DNA of 64,000 nt from contig CM022676.1 in NCBI GenBank assembly GCA_012295275.1, forward strand, positions 13,764,001 through 13,828,000. The letters run 5' to 3'. Shown piece after piece: positions 40,956 through 55,187 of the stretch. Source of the stretch: Chrysomallon squamiferum. Its lineage: Eukaryota > Animalia > Mollusca. A program made the position numbers and the translations under genes. The notes under the pieces were generated by a model that searched no databases, was not told the DNA's origin, and worked only from the letters and a program-made list of their open reading frames with translations. Every line of letters starts with the position of its first letter. The stretch's first letter is position 1.

Positions 40956-41099
40956 TAAATTTTTATAACAGTTTGGTAGAAAAATGTAAAATTATAATTT
41001 GTGAAGCTGCTTTAACCTGACTTGGTCAACATCTTTCCACTTCTTTTCCTGGGTCTCACCCTTTTTTTTTATCTTTGTACTGAAAGTTCACTTGATTCA

Positions 41100-41460
41100 T
41101 AATGTGTAATTGGCGTAGTTCTCGAGTGTGGTGCTCTCTCTAATACGGAGGAAATTAACGTATAACCCCGACCTCGGAAATCGATGTTTGATTTTTCTCT
41201 CCACATCTTAACGGTAATAACTGTTATATTTTAGCAATGATCAAAATTCCTTGTAGTTAAATATGTTCGTTTTACACAACCACTAACTAAACGCTGACCG
41301 CTGTGCATTAATTACTTGCTGATAAAGTTTGTTTTGTATAATACAGTTACGCTTCCGGGTTCAGTTCGGGCGACATGTTTTCTCCAGTAATTCATGAAAC
41401 ATGGTTAACGTTAAAATCTAAAAACATTTTGTATACATTTTTGGCGGTGTTCAACTATTA
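41100..41460. promoter_or_regulatory. CpG-enriched promoter-like segment (inverted copy at ~56250-56620)
   Basis: Local CpG excess, ETS-like gcttccggg, and by eye better conserved between arms than adjacent DNA. Confidence 0.3.
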
Positions 41461-41665
41461 CTCGTCATATTCCGAATTTGAATTTTAAAATTAATTAATT
41501 TTTAAACATAATCCAGATTGATAATTATATATAATGAACAAAACTGGTCACATGTATTTTTTATATAAATAAACAAATAAACAAGAACAATTTAGATTTT
41601 TTGGACGGTGTTTGATATAGTGTTGTTTTAACAGGACTAAAGAAATCAGTTGTACTACTGTTAGG

Positions 41666-41706
<41 letters not shown>

Positions 41707-42181
41707 TGTCATTCTTAAATAAATTAATTGTATGTAAAATAATATAATATATTTTCTTTGCCTTTCTTTGACATACAAAACAATTAACTTTCATCTATAA
41801 AAAAAAACTTTCATCTATACTAGATAAATTATGTTTGCTTATCTTTTTGATATGAAACTAATAACTGTTATTTGTTTCATTTATATGTTTTCTTTTCTTG
41901 ATATGTGTAAAAAATAAAAATGTGTATGTGTGTTTATTAGTATGTGTCAATTGTGACTTACTTTGGTCTGAAAATGTTAAAGAAGCTGTGTAAATCTTAA
42001 CTTAGAGAATTATAATTTGATTTAGATATATTTGTTGATGTATCTAAACTATTATAAACTTGAGCTTATAAGTAAAAGACTGTCTTTTGTTGTAAGTTAT
42101 TTTAACACTATTAACAGAACACTACTTTATCACACTCTAGTCTTGATTGTGTTCTGATAAGGCAATACGTAGAAAACAGAA

Positions 42182-42381
42182 NNNNNNNNNNNNNNNNNNN
42201 NNNNNNNNNNNNNNNNNNNNNNNNNNNNNNNNNNNNNNNNNNNNNNNNNNNNNNNNNNNNNNNNNNNNNNNNNNNNNNNNNNNNNNNNNNNNNNNNNNNN
42301 NNNNNNNNNNNNNNNNNNNNNNNNNNNNNNNNNNNNNNNNNNNNNNNNNNNNNNNNNNNNNNNNNNNNNNNNNNNNNNNNN
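42182..42381. other. Assembly gap
   Basis: 200 N. Confidence 1.
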
Positions 42382-42441
42382 TAATAAATATTACCACATT
42401 TACACATCTTTAACAATAAGACACATTCATTTACAAAAAAG

Positions 42442-42487
<46 letters not shown>

Positions 42488-42840
42488 ATTTTCGAATATA
42501 TTTCTTCTATTATATGACAGTTTAAAAAATACATTAAATAAACAAATAAACAATCTATATTAAATAAATAAATAAAGCAATGAGCTGTTTATGTACATTA
42601 TACACGTGTCTGTTTGACAGAAGCCAGTGGATTAGAAAGTTTCCAATAAAGTGTGTATGACGTCATCACTGCTGCCTGACGTCATCAGAAATACAAATGT
42701 AAACTAAAATAATTAAATAAAAAAAATAAATAGATATCTAAATAAATAAGTAAATAAATAAAAAAAAACAAATAAATAAATAAATAAAAATATGAGCCTA
42801 TTGATGACTAAAAGTGACAGTGTTTCAACGATGTTGTTTT

Positions 42841-43888
42841 TTACACTAAAAATAACAAAGCAGGTATCTGTCCTTCTGTCACATATGTACGAAGTTGTCT
42901 GTCACTGTGTTTAGATTTGTGTGACTCAGAAAATCTACAAACAAAAGAGTCTACAATAATTTCTGATTTACCGTCACGTCCCCACCTTGTGTCTCCATTA
43001 ATATTAACAAACAAGCTGTACTCAGTGTCTTTAGTAATCTTCACTGGACGACTGAACACGACGTCGTACACGTCAGACACGTGTTCATATCTCTGTGTCA
43101 GTCTAGACCCGTCCAGTATTTCGTCTCTTCTTGTGTCAGTGACGAAGGCGCTGACGTCGTAATTTTGTGGTTCACGTTGACTGTACAACTGAAATCCACG
43201 AAGTAAAGTGTTTTTGTTTACAGAGAAAGTAATGGCGTCGTCTACTTCACCAGAACGTAACAAGCAGTAACCATACCAACCAAACCTGTCTATTGTAATC
43301 TGTGTTTTAGGAATCTCTGCAGTTCTCTTGTTTGAGTTAAAAGGGGAAACATCTTCATCACTGCTCACCCAGTGTTTGAAAATTGTGTTCTCTTCTGTGT
43401 CAGTGAGTATGTGAGTGGGTGTCACGTGTTTTAAAAAATACGTCTGATCGAGTAATGGATAACGCACGTGCTTCACGACCTCTCCCAGTGCTTCGCGCAT
43501 GTTTTTTTCACTCGTCGTCATCCCTTGCTTCCTGCACGCGCTGTCAGCCCACTTCACAGCGGCTTCAAACACATTTTTCTCGTCTGCTGTCAGTTCGTCT
43601 GATCGTACGATCTCAACCAGACATTCGTGACAAAGATCGGTGACTTCATCTGACTTCAAAACTTCGTCGCCATTTTTCAAAATGTAGTCCAGACATTTTC
43701 TCCTTAGATCATGTTCATCAAACAGGTGAGCTTGTTCCAGCACTAAGCACGCATTCTGTGACGACAGCGACGACTCCAAATAATGTGTGCATTCATCTTC
43801 AAGTGTTGTGATGATGTACTTCCTGGATAGATATAGCAGACCGGTGACGTTGTCGCCTGTTAGGACGACGTCATCCGTATAAAGATAT
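42841..43888 (-). CDS. BTB-BACK-PHR protein (BTBD1/2/3/6 family), coding exon 2
   Basis: Acceptor cacag|a, YLYTDDV...SRKYII, BACK (EKNVFEAAVKWA, VRYPLL), PHR (DAITFSVNK..LRGFQLY, GQIPALLF), stop at 42841. Confidence 0.93.
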
Positions 43889-44043
43889 CTGTGTCAAAGA
43901 AGTAGAGTAAGACTTTAAAATGTGAGATTACTAAGTGAGATCAATTAATTAGAAAATAATTAGATATACAAAAACTATATTGCTATGAATGTTTATGTCT
44001 GTATGTATGTCTCTCTTCCTCACTATGTTCGTACGTGTGTTTT

Positions 44044-44081
<38 letters not shown>

Positions 44082-44090
44082 TTAACATAC

Positions 44091-44347
44091 TTTAGAAATT
44101 CTGAGAAGATTTCTGCCTTCACATCCGGTACAACTATATTGCTTTGTTCGCGAAGTTCTCCACTTAACATTTGATGGAAAACTTCGCTTCGAATCATGAG
44201 TATGAACCGATGCGCATCAATTGTCGTTTTATTTTCTCCCACTAGAAATCTGATATCACTGTCAGCTTTCGTATGAAAAACGTGTTCAATACACTGAGTT
44301 AATTTCTTCCCTGTCTGCCAACTTGTGATTTCAGCTGATGTGGCCAT
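44091..44347 (-). CDS. BTB-BACK-PHR protein, coding exon 1
   Basis: MATSAEITSWQ...SDIRFLVG...AHRFILMIRSEVFHQML...VPDV. Phase-2 donor aa|gtatgt. 257+1048 nt = 434 aa plus stop. Confidence 0.93.
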
Positions 44348-44831
44348 GTTTTCACTACAAACAAACGATAATAATAGAAAGGGAAAAATAAATTGTACAG
44401 ACAGAAATGTAACAATTCTTAGAGGAAAACAATAATAAGATTAAAGAAAAAAGAAAAAACGATAGATAAATATAGAGCAAATCGATCAAAGATAAAAATA
44501 AATAGTTTATGTATACACTAGCAATTATTGTGATGGTGACGACGACAAAAACATTAATTATTATTATCATTATTATTACAAACAGACGTGTTTGGTCACA
44601 TTCAGGTAAATACTATTTCAGTGTGGGACAAACGGTTTTCAAATAGCAATGTCCTTATGGTTATTTATACCATTTTACTCCTCGAAAGACAACAAAATTA
44701 TCCGTCAACATCTAAATAGAAAAATTATGTGAGAAAAAGGTGAGAAAATAAGAAAAATAAAGGATGACGATGCAACGTTTCTAAAGTAGAAACAATATAA
44801 AATTCACTGTAATTTCAATATGGCTACCTAC

Positions 44832-44900
44832 CTCAAAACTTTCTGATCGATAATTTCGGATACGCGACTACTTTCTGTTTAACCTCAACTATAGAGCGCA
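44832..44900 (-). other. Putative non-coding first exon of the BTB gene
   Basis: Donor gag|gtaggt at 44831, matched to an acceptor ttgtag| 7 nt upstream of the ATG (exon start 44354). Confidence 0.45.
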
Positions 44901-44998
44901 GGTATAACCGATCTAAAAATAAAATAGCTATCATATATCAAAAGCCGCCAATAAATAATAACTTATTAAATAAGGGCTGTAATGGGGTAGTAGTAGTA

Positions 44999-45045
<47 letters not shown>

Positions 45046-45752
45046 TACTGAAGATAAGTTTAAAATGTTTATGCTCTTGTGGCATTGAGAACGATGTGAC
45101 AAATTCACTGTTAATACATTGTGCCTTTGTCTATATTGTGAGAAGATAAATAATTTCAATAAGGACGCTACATACAAACATAACAACAACCGAATTAGTT
45201 CCAATAAACCAAATAAAAAGGAAATAGAAAAATAATACAGATAACATTAGATAATAATATTATTAAATTCTTCATACGTAAGATTCGTACACCAGTATTG
45301 TAAATAGAATTTCGCTATCTGACAACACATTTTCCAGTCAGGCTCTACGTAATGTTTTCCATGTCATTATAAAAGAACACCTCACACTATAATGATGTAT
45401 TTGTTAGAGAACTAACTCTGATATATCTAAAACTAATCAAACAAAGATCACTCGAATCGATAAAACATAATACAATATAATATATAATCTCCTTTCAATA
45501 TGGCCGACTTGTTTCAGTTCTGCCTTGTTTACTTTTGGTTATCAGACTGCTGCACTGATAAACACGTGACTGACGTCAAATATCTTACACGTCATCAAGT
45601 GTCACTTCTTAGGTTTGAATGTGAGATTAAAATAAACAAATCGTGCTATGAGACATGTACAACCATCTTACACACATTTTTTCTTAAAGAAGATTATATT
45701 AATTTAATGTAGTTCTACTACTTTGCATTGTTTTTATTTATGTTATAAAATG

Positions 45753-45823
<71 letters not shown>

Positions 45824-45939
45824 AATTCAAAAGAAAAAGGAAAAATAGGAGTAACTATTAGTTTAGAAGCAATTTCTTAGAAGCGAGTACTTTCTGTTTA
45901 ACTATTATACTATTGATCAATGAGAGTAGATATAAATAC

Positions 45940-45940
45940 A

Positions 45941-45971
<31 letters not shown>

Positions 45972-46365
45972 ATGAAATAACACAAAATAAAATAAAATAA
46001 AATAACGGAGTGGTAACAAAATAGAATAAGCCGCTGAAAGTACATACGACGATATTAGAATGATGATTATGATAATGATGATGGTAATGGAATCTGTTTA
46101 ACAAAACAACTACTAGTACTATTTCTATTACTAAAACATCTACTACTACTTCTACTACATCTATGGCTATTATTATAAGTACTACTATTACTAATTTATT
46201 TATTCATGCAGTAAGGTTAATGTTTATGGAGTTGATTTTATGTCTTGAAGAAACGTTTACATTCCGGTTATGAATATATAATTTCTGGACAACCGATTTT
46301 CAAATCGTGATATAAGTAACGTTATTCAAACACAAACACACAATCGCGCGCTCATCCATTCGTAC

Positions 46366-46461
<96 letters not shown>

Positions 46462-47400
46462 AGACACACACAAACGCACACGCAATATGGCTGCCTACCT
46501 TTAAAAACTTCTTGGTCGAGAATTTCATAGAAGGGAATAATTTCTGTTTGACGGTTTTTCTATAGATCACTGGAATGAGGAATCTAAAAATAAATTAATA
46601 AATAAATACAAATATTACATGTTGCTGATATATTTTAAGCAAATAATAGCACAGTATATATTAAATCACAATGAAATGTAAACTACCTTGAAATCTCAAA
46701 ATGGCTGTCTGCTTACACAAAATACGTCCTTGTTTGTCAGTGGTTTGACTGGAGCTGATAACACGTCACTGAAACAATTTCTGTGTGTCGCTGTTAATAA
46801 ACGTGTCTGCTGATAAACACGTGACTGAAATCTGATGTCCTACAACTCGAAATGCGTGTGACGGTAGATGTATGCACATCTTTTTATAAGTATAGTTTGT
46901 GAAGCGTAATGTAATATGCCTATTTTGAACCTGTTACAGAAACAAAGAGTTATATAATTTGTCATTACTTATTTTGTCTGTGAAATATTTATGTACATTT
47001 CTAACACAGTATACTGATGAAAAACGTGTCGCTAACAAGTGGCTGTACTTAGGTCAGACAAAATTAGTGTGTTAATAGTACTGGCGACAAGAAACGTTAT
47101 AGCTCGGATCGTGAAATCTGCAATGCAATTGTGAATCACAAAATGTGGGACACTCTTTTATTTGTACAAAGGGATCCAATTACCGATGTGACAAATACAC
47201 CTTTATGTATATATATACACGCACACACACACACAACGAAAACGTTCAAATCCTAATACTTATACTGATCATTGTAGTGTTTTTGTTTTAAATTATTGAT
47301 TATTTATCTGCTTCACTTAATTATTTTTATTTATATATTTCAATGTTTCGTTCTTTCTTTCTTTCTTTATTATATACACTGGAAAAATTACAGTGTAATA
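45940..47400 (+). repeat. ~1.4 kb direct duplication, copy 1 (contains (GA)n at 46368-46458)
   Basis: Colinear with ~51870-53300. Confidence 0.9.
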
Positions 47401-47439
47401 AATAATACAACTGATACATGATAATGCAAAATAAACACT

Positions 47440-48365
47440 GTTTCCAGTACTTCTATTATTATTACCCATAATATTTCCACTACTACTATTATGATTAGTC
47501 AAAACAGTTCGTCTACTACTATTATTACCAGCCCTACAATTTCCCGGAATACTATTATTACTAGCGAAACTATTTGGACTACTACTATTATTACTAGCCA
47601 TACTATTTCCGGTACCACTACTATTATTATTACTAGTCCTACAATTTCCCGGACTAGTATTATTACTAGCCAAACTATTTCCACTACTATTCTTCTTACT
47701 AGCCCTAATATTTCCACTACTACTATTATTACTAGCCATACTATTTCCAGTACTGCTACTACCATTATTACTACCGATACTATTTACAGTAGTACTATTA
47801 TTACTAGCCATATTATTTCCGCTACAACTTTTATTATTACTAGCCATACTATTTCCAGTACTGCTACTACCATTATTACTACAGATACTAGTTCTAGTGC
47901 TACTATTATTATTAGCCATACTATTTCGACTAGTACTAGTATCACTAGCCATACTATTTCCAGTACTACTATCATTATTACTACTAGCCCTAATATTTCC
48001 ACTACTACTATTTGTACTAGCCATACTATTTCCAGTACTACTACTACCATTATTACTACCCGTACTATTTCCAGTAGTACTATTATTACTAGTCATACTA
48101 TTTCCACTACTACTATTATTGTTACTAAGCCTACTATTTCCAGTACCGGTACTACTACTCTTATTACTAGCTCTACTATTTCCAGTACTGCTACTATTAT
48201 TATTATTAGCCATACTATTTCCACTACTACCATTATTACTAGCCATACTATTTCCACCATTACCATTATTACTAGCCATACTATTTCCACTACTACTATT
48301 ATTACTAGCCATACTAGTTCCACTACTACTATTATTACTATCCATACTATTTCCAGTACAACTAT
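47440..48365. repeat. Degenerate ~30-39 bp minisatellite (ttattactagccatactatttccactactacta-like)
   Basis: Repeated ctatttcc core with TAC/TAT triplet runs. Long ORFs on both strands. Confidence 0.93.
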
Positions 48366-48427
48366 CATATATATCTTCTCTAAACACGAATTCAGAACTG
48401 GCAAGTATCGTCTGTTTTAAACTGTCA

Positions 48428-48550
48428 ATCAGTCCCTTGTTGAAACTAACTTGAACGTGCACAGACAAAACATAATCTCTTACATCAGGATTTAAACACG
48501 AGTCTAAGATGTCTAGTGAGGTATCAAATTTAATATATAGTCACGTTTTC
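48428..48550 (+). repeat. Diverged ~125 bp direct repeat (second copy ~49162-49297)
   Basis: aatcagtccctt...ctaact..cgtgcacag...gatttaaa...tagtcacgtt in both copies. Confidence 0.75.
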
Positions 48551-49404
48551 AGTATCTCGGGTGTTTCTTTTTATTTTATTTTTTGTTTGTTTTAACCTAC
48601 CAATTCTCTTGCTCTTCCTTCTATAGTCATTATATATATATATATATATATATACTTATATTTAATTATGTTTGCATTTATATATTTATTTCTGTATTTT
48701 TCTTTACTTATGAACACAAATCAATATATCACAGTAATAAGTACATACTTTATTTATGTAGTCATGTGCTACATTTCTTTTCGTTGTTCATGTGTGTGTT
48801 TCTGTCTTAGTGTGTGGGTGGGTTGGGGTGTGAGTGTGTGTGTGTTGGTGTGAAACTGATTGTATTGTAAACTCATAGAAAGATGACGTCACAATATTTA
48901 TCTTTTATACTACAAACATCATATCTCTGTGCTTGTGACCTGCCAAGTGTAAGACAAGTAAAACCAAATCGAACATATAACTCACCAACTAACTATCTAA
49001 GTAAACAAACAAAGAAAACAAATAAACGAATAACTAAACAAACAAAAAAAACCACACAAATCAACAAACAAAATGAAACAAAAATATAGAGCTTTCTTCC
49101 TAATCCTAAAATCATTGACGTCTCAGTACCGGCCCTGTTCCCCTCCTCTGTGATTATTGGGAATCAGTCCCTTGGTTCAACTAACTCGAGCGTGCACAGC
49201 AAACAAAACGCGAAATATACTTTGTAACACCGCGATTTAAAACACATGTCTAGAGATCTCCTGAGGTGTATCCAGTTTAGTATCTAGTCACGTTCTTAAG
49301 ATTGTCTATCATTATGTTGTGTTGTGTGTACGTATTAATGAGAGAGCGGGCCAAAGAATATCCTTCATATCTGTGAATAGAAGATTTTAACATTGCGTCC
49401 TACA

Positions 49405-49477
<73 letters not shown>

Positions 49478-49798
49478 TAAAAATAATAATAATACTTTTT
49501 TTATGAATTTTGTGCTGCTATATCATATATACACACACACATATATATATATTTCTATTTTTCGTTTCTAATAAAATAATAAAATGAGTGAATAAAAACG
49601 TTTGCATTATTTTTGGAAAAAATACATTAATTAATAAGTAAATTATATCGTATTGGCAGTAACAGTAATAACAGTAATACATTTCATTATCTATTTAATT
49701 AAATATGCACCCGGTCATAGTTTACAGTTTTGTCACAAAACTTTTGATAACTTTAAAATTATGTGACATCAATCAGTGGTCTGATAACAGCAGAACAG

Positions 49799-49840
<42 letters not shown>

Positions 49841-50028
49841 GAATTGGAAATAGCAATTAATAAAACATAAATTGAAACTGTGTCAAAAATATATTTTAGT
49901 AAATGTTATTATTGTATCGATATATAAATTGTATTTCCCTATCTAACATTTAATCATTATTTTTTATTTTTTATGGGGGTATAATACACATATAAATCCG
50001 ATGTAACACACACGCACACATATATACA

Positions 50029-50065
<37 letters not shown>

Positions 50066-50792
50066 GAAGAAGAAGAACAAAAAAAACAACAACAACAGTA
50101 GCAGCAGCATACTAATTTTATCGTGTGCATGTCTTATTTCTCTGACCATACTGACGTGACCAGTCTATCAAGATACAGCTAACTCGTGATTGCTTGTTTC
50201 TTATGTAGGTCAGATAAAAACAGTGTATCACACGAGAAGAAAGCTATAGCTGGGTGTTACTTACAACGATCTGTCAAATTCATTGTTAATACAGTATCTG
50301 CGCATAAGTGTAGAAATAAACAGAAAACGTGTGAAATTATTTAAATTGTGAGAAGATATATAATCTCAATAATGACGATAAAGACAAACACAATAACCAG
50401 CAAATTACTACCAACAGAAAAAACAAAGAAACAAACTCGAAATTAGAAATTAATACAATTCTACGAGCTAATATTATTATTACGTTTTTATAGGCTCGTT
50501 CAATAAACTTGGTGGAAAGTAAAACTTCGTTGTCATACAACATACTTTTCAAGTCCGGGTCTACATTATAGTTTTCGTGTCTTTTAAAAAATCTCGAACT
50601 GTAATGATCAGGTTGCTTGTCACATCTACAACTATAACAGCGATAATGTTTTTTTTATGTTTGCCATTGTAGGTGAAAGCAAATGCAATAACATTTTATA
50701 CAGTGGTTGGAACGGATAACTAACCAATACGAAAGTTAGATTAAACCATAGGGAAGAATGAAGAAATGACAAAAAGAGAAAAAATAAAATAA

Positions 50793-51000
50793 AGAAGGAA
50801 GGCAGGGTGAAATAAATATTTTAATTAACGACACTGTAAACACATTTTGTTTACTGATTTGTGTGTTTAAAACTTGCTGTTAAAGACTGCTGAAATAAAA
50901 TGAGAGTAAATCTGCAGTCCCCACATCAAGTCTACTTCTTTCCAATTAGCAGGAAGTGGTATTTTATATAGACGATTGGATGAACAGGGTAACATGTATC
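50793..51000 (-). mobile_element. Degenerate SINE-like 3' fragment
   Basis: gaaggaagg...ttttaattaacgacac..aacacatttt...ttccaattagcagg resembles an abundant gastropod SINE tail (recalled, not searched). Confidence 0.4.
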
Positions 51001-51178
51001 AACCATTGGCTCTCTTTAAGCAATATACTAGTTTTTCTCTTTTTAATTGGTTTAGATTTTATTATTATTAACAAATTTCCTATTTTAAACAATTACGTCT
51101 TGAAACCGTGTACTGTTGTAAAGAGATATGAAGAACCATCACGATATAAACCAGTGAATATAAAAAAAAAAAAAATAA

Positions 51179-51248
<70 letters not shown>

Positions 51249-51869
51249 AAAAAATAGAAAACTATAAAAACCAGCGAAGTTATAACTTCTATTATTCATA
51301 CTAGCCTTTAGGACACTTTCATTCATAATAACGTTTTTCACATAGTCTGGTTCAGTATTAAGATACTTATTGACAATACAAATAAAGAGAGCGCTACAGG
51401 GTGAACATAAATGGTGTAGAAAATATGTCATTGCAGAAACAAAGAGGGTTGTAAGAGATTGGCAGAAGAGGGTGTTTAGTTAGTTGTAATGTTGTTTAAA
51501 AACAGGTTTTTCACGTTCACAGATTGATGACTCGTACAGGATAGTGTTTATTCAGGATAGTCTTTAAACAGGATATTATTTATACATGATACTATTTTTA
51601 CATGAAACTGTTTACAGGAATTAGTAATCTTAACGTTAAATTTAATCTTAAACCAACACAAATACCAAACCTGAATTAACTCTAAATACAAAGTTTGTGA
51701 TATTACTTACCTGAATCCTATCTCTACATCTGTCCATCTGAACCACTGATAAACATCATCATAATTTGATCTCAAAGTGTATTATTATCCTAATACCGTC
51801 TGAACTATCACCCTAACCTTAATGTCATCACAACACAGATCTTAACCTATAATAAACTAACAAACAAAC

Positions 51870-51890
51870 AAATAAATAAATAAATAAATA

Positions 51891-51921
<31 letters not shown>

Positions 51922-53300
51922 AATAAAATAAAATAAAATAAAATAACAGAGAGGTAAAAATATAGAATAAGCCGCTAAAAGTACATACGACTATATTAGA
52001 ATGATGGTTATGATAATGGTGATGATAATGGAATCTGTTTAAGAAAACAACAACTACTACTATTTCTATTACTAAAACATCTACTACTACTTCTACTACA
52101 ATTACTACTGGGACTTCTACTATTACATCTATGGCTATTATTATAACTACTACTATTACTAATTTATTTATTCATGCTTTAAGATTAATGCTTATGGAGT
52201 TGAGCTTTTTTGGAGTGGATTGATTATATTTCTTGAAGAAACCTTTACCTCCCGGTTAAGAATATATTATTTCTGGACAACAGATTTGCAAATCGTTTTA
52301 TAAGTAATTTTATTCAAACACAAACACACAATCGCACTCACTGTTTACAATATGGCTGCTTACCTTTAAAAACTTCCTGGTCGAGAATTTCGTAGAAGGG
52401 AATAATTGCTGTTTGAAGGTTTTTCTATAGATCACTGATGTGAGGAATCTAAAAATAAATAAATAAATAAATAAATAAAACATATTACATGTTCAGTATT
52501 GCTGATATATTTTAAGTAAATAATAGCACAGTATATATTAAATCACAATGAAATGCAAACTACCTTCAAATCTCAAAATGGCTGTCTGCTTACACAAAAT
52601 ACGTCCTTGTTTGTGAGTGGTTTTACTGGAGCTGGCAACACGTCACTGAAATAATTTCTGTGTGTCGCTGTTAATAAACGTGTCTGCTGATAAACACGTG
52701 ACTGAAATCTGATGTCCTACAACTCGAAATGCGTGTGACGGTAGATGTATGCACATCTTTTTATAAGTATAATTTGTGAAGCGTAATGTAACATGCATAT
52801 TTTAAACCTGTTACAGAAACAGAGTTATATAATTTGTCCTTACTTATTTTGTCTGTGAAATATTTATATACATTTCTCACACAGTATACTGGTGAAAAAC
52901 GTATAGCTAACAAGTGTATTTAGGTCAGACAAAAATAGTGTGCTAATAGTACTGGCGACATGAAACATTATACCTCGGATCGTGAAAAATGCAGTGTAAT
53001 GGTGAATTACAAAATGTGGGACACTCTTTTATTTGTACATATTCTGAGTCAAAGCGATCCAACTACCGATGTGACAAATACCACCTTTATTACAGTTATA
53101 TATATATATGTATGTATATACAAGCAAAACGTTCAAAACCTAATAGTATACTGATCATTTTAGTATTTTTGTTTTAAATTATTAATTATTTATCTGCTAC
53201 ACTTATTTCTTTTGATTTATCTATTTTTATTTTTACGTTCTTTCTTTCTTTCTTTAATTCAAAAACAAAATAAAAACCGGAAAAACATAAAATACAGTGT
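51870..53300 (+). repeat. ~1.4 kb direct duplication, copy 2 (lacks the GA run)
   Basis: Colinear with 45940-47400. Confidence 0.9.
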
Positions 53301-53460
53301 AATTATGAAAAAAAAAACTAAAACATAAAATGCAAAAAAAAAAAAAAATAAAAAATAAAATGAATGTTAAAATACAGCATTGTACATTATAAAATAAAAA
53401 AAAAAAAAGAAAAAAAAAAAAAAAATAACCCACCAACAAGAAAAAAAAAAAAATAAAATA

Positions 53461-53495
<35 letters not shown>

Positions 53496-54070
53496 AAGAA
53501 GCACTGAAAAAAAAATTGATGATATTAAAAATGTTAAAAATATGTCTTGCCCATTCCTAGTATTCAATTATTGTCATATAAATATTATAGTAAGAAACAT
53601 GCATGATTACTAAATTGCAAAAATATTCAATTATTTGTGCATTTATTTGAAGTCTTACACAGATGACAAATTAAATAATAAAAAGTATATGTACATGAAA
53701 TGTTAATGACATAGGTCATTTTGACCCCGTGGTTATGTTGTCGAAAATGAAAACAATCATTTAGTGAGTTAGCTGAGAAACTGAGTCAAAATCATCATGT
53801 TCTCTCAAGTCATAGTCCCAGTATCAAGATGAGATAATTTAGTTTACATAGATTCTTGTTATAAACAGTTGGTTATTTTCAGAACACTTGTACAACCTGA
53901 CGCTTCACCAAACATGCTTTCAAAATTTCCAAGATAAAATGTCCTTTTTTTTTGTTTTGTTACAAGCAAATTGAAAACATTCAGCTGGTAGTGGTATGAT
54001 ATATGACAATATCATTGAATAAGTATAAATTATATCATCATTTATCTAAATTAATATTTTATAAAAATAG

Positions 54071-54112
<42 letters not shown>

Positions 54113-55187
54113 GGTAAGATAGAAAAACAGTTTGGAACCTGTAAATCATCATTTTATTATTATTGTTTTTTTCCACTGTTTTTAAAATTTAACTGATTAA
54201 CAATAGTTATCAATACTAAACATTTTAATCCAGTCATTACATGTCTAATGTATTTACTGCAATCATTTTTATTAAGTAAATGTATTTACATGTTACTTAC
54301 ATGTACTAATTTATGAAGATGGTCTAAGGGGAGATAACTTGTTATTTAATGTGATAATTTTTGTTTTTTGGGGAAGGAATTACTCATTATTTTATTATTA
54401 TTCCCCAGTTAAAATGATTATTTGTATAATTTAAATTTTAATATCAGGTATTTCAAATGTTCATCTTTGGTACTAAATATAGATAATGTTTGGTTTTATT
54501 TTTTTTACTGACTAGTTATTAATAACTTTACTGTAATGATCAAGACTAATGTTTCAAAAATTAAACTAACCTATACATTTTCACTTTATTTATTTGAAAT
54601 ATTCTGGTTGCCATATATTAATTATTTAATGTGAAATTCTGAAAGTGTTGTTTTTAGTTTTTGTATTTATTATTATTTTGTTTCATTACAACTTAGTTGT
54701 ATATATATGTTTTAAATTGTTACACTGTTATTGCAGAAACGACATATGAATTTGGAATATAATAATTGAATATTTAAGATTTTTTAAAGAAAAGTTTAAA
54801 ATTTTATCAAATGCTTTGTTCTGTTATTAACATGTAGATGTAATTGCCATCTCAGACTGCTCATGACAAATTTTAATTTTGACATTTTAAAACAAACCAG
54901 AAAAAAAAGAAAAATCTTACACATATAAAATAACAAATTAATTTTAAGACTGTCATTTCTTTTAAAGATTTCTGATATTATTAGTAAGCTATAAACAGTA
55001 TGATAACTTAGTATTTATATATAAACTTTTGTGAAGAAAATTGAAATCAGACCTGTGACTAATAAATAAGAATGTTTTATCACTAAATAGAAACCTTACA
55101 AATACAAGAAAGTTTTATTATTAAACTGGAGTCATATAAATTAAAAATATAATAAAGTTTTATAACAAAATTAATCTTTTAACTCAC

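Larger units (their letters stand above)
37200..42165. repeat. Inverted duplication, left arm
   Basis: Reverse-complement colinear with ~55695-61725 (e.g. 41100-41460 vs 56250-56620; 39490-40260 vs 59010-59810). Confidence 0.92.
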
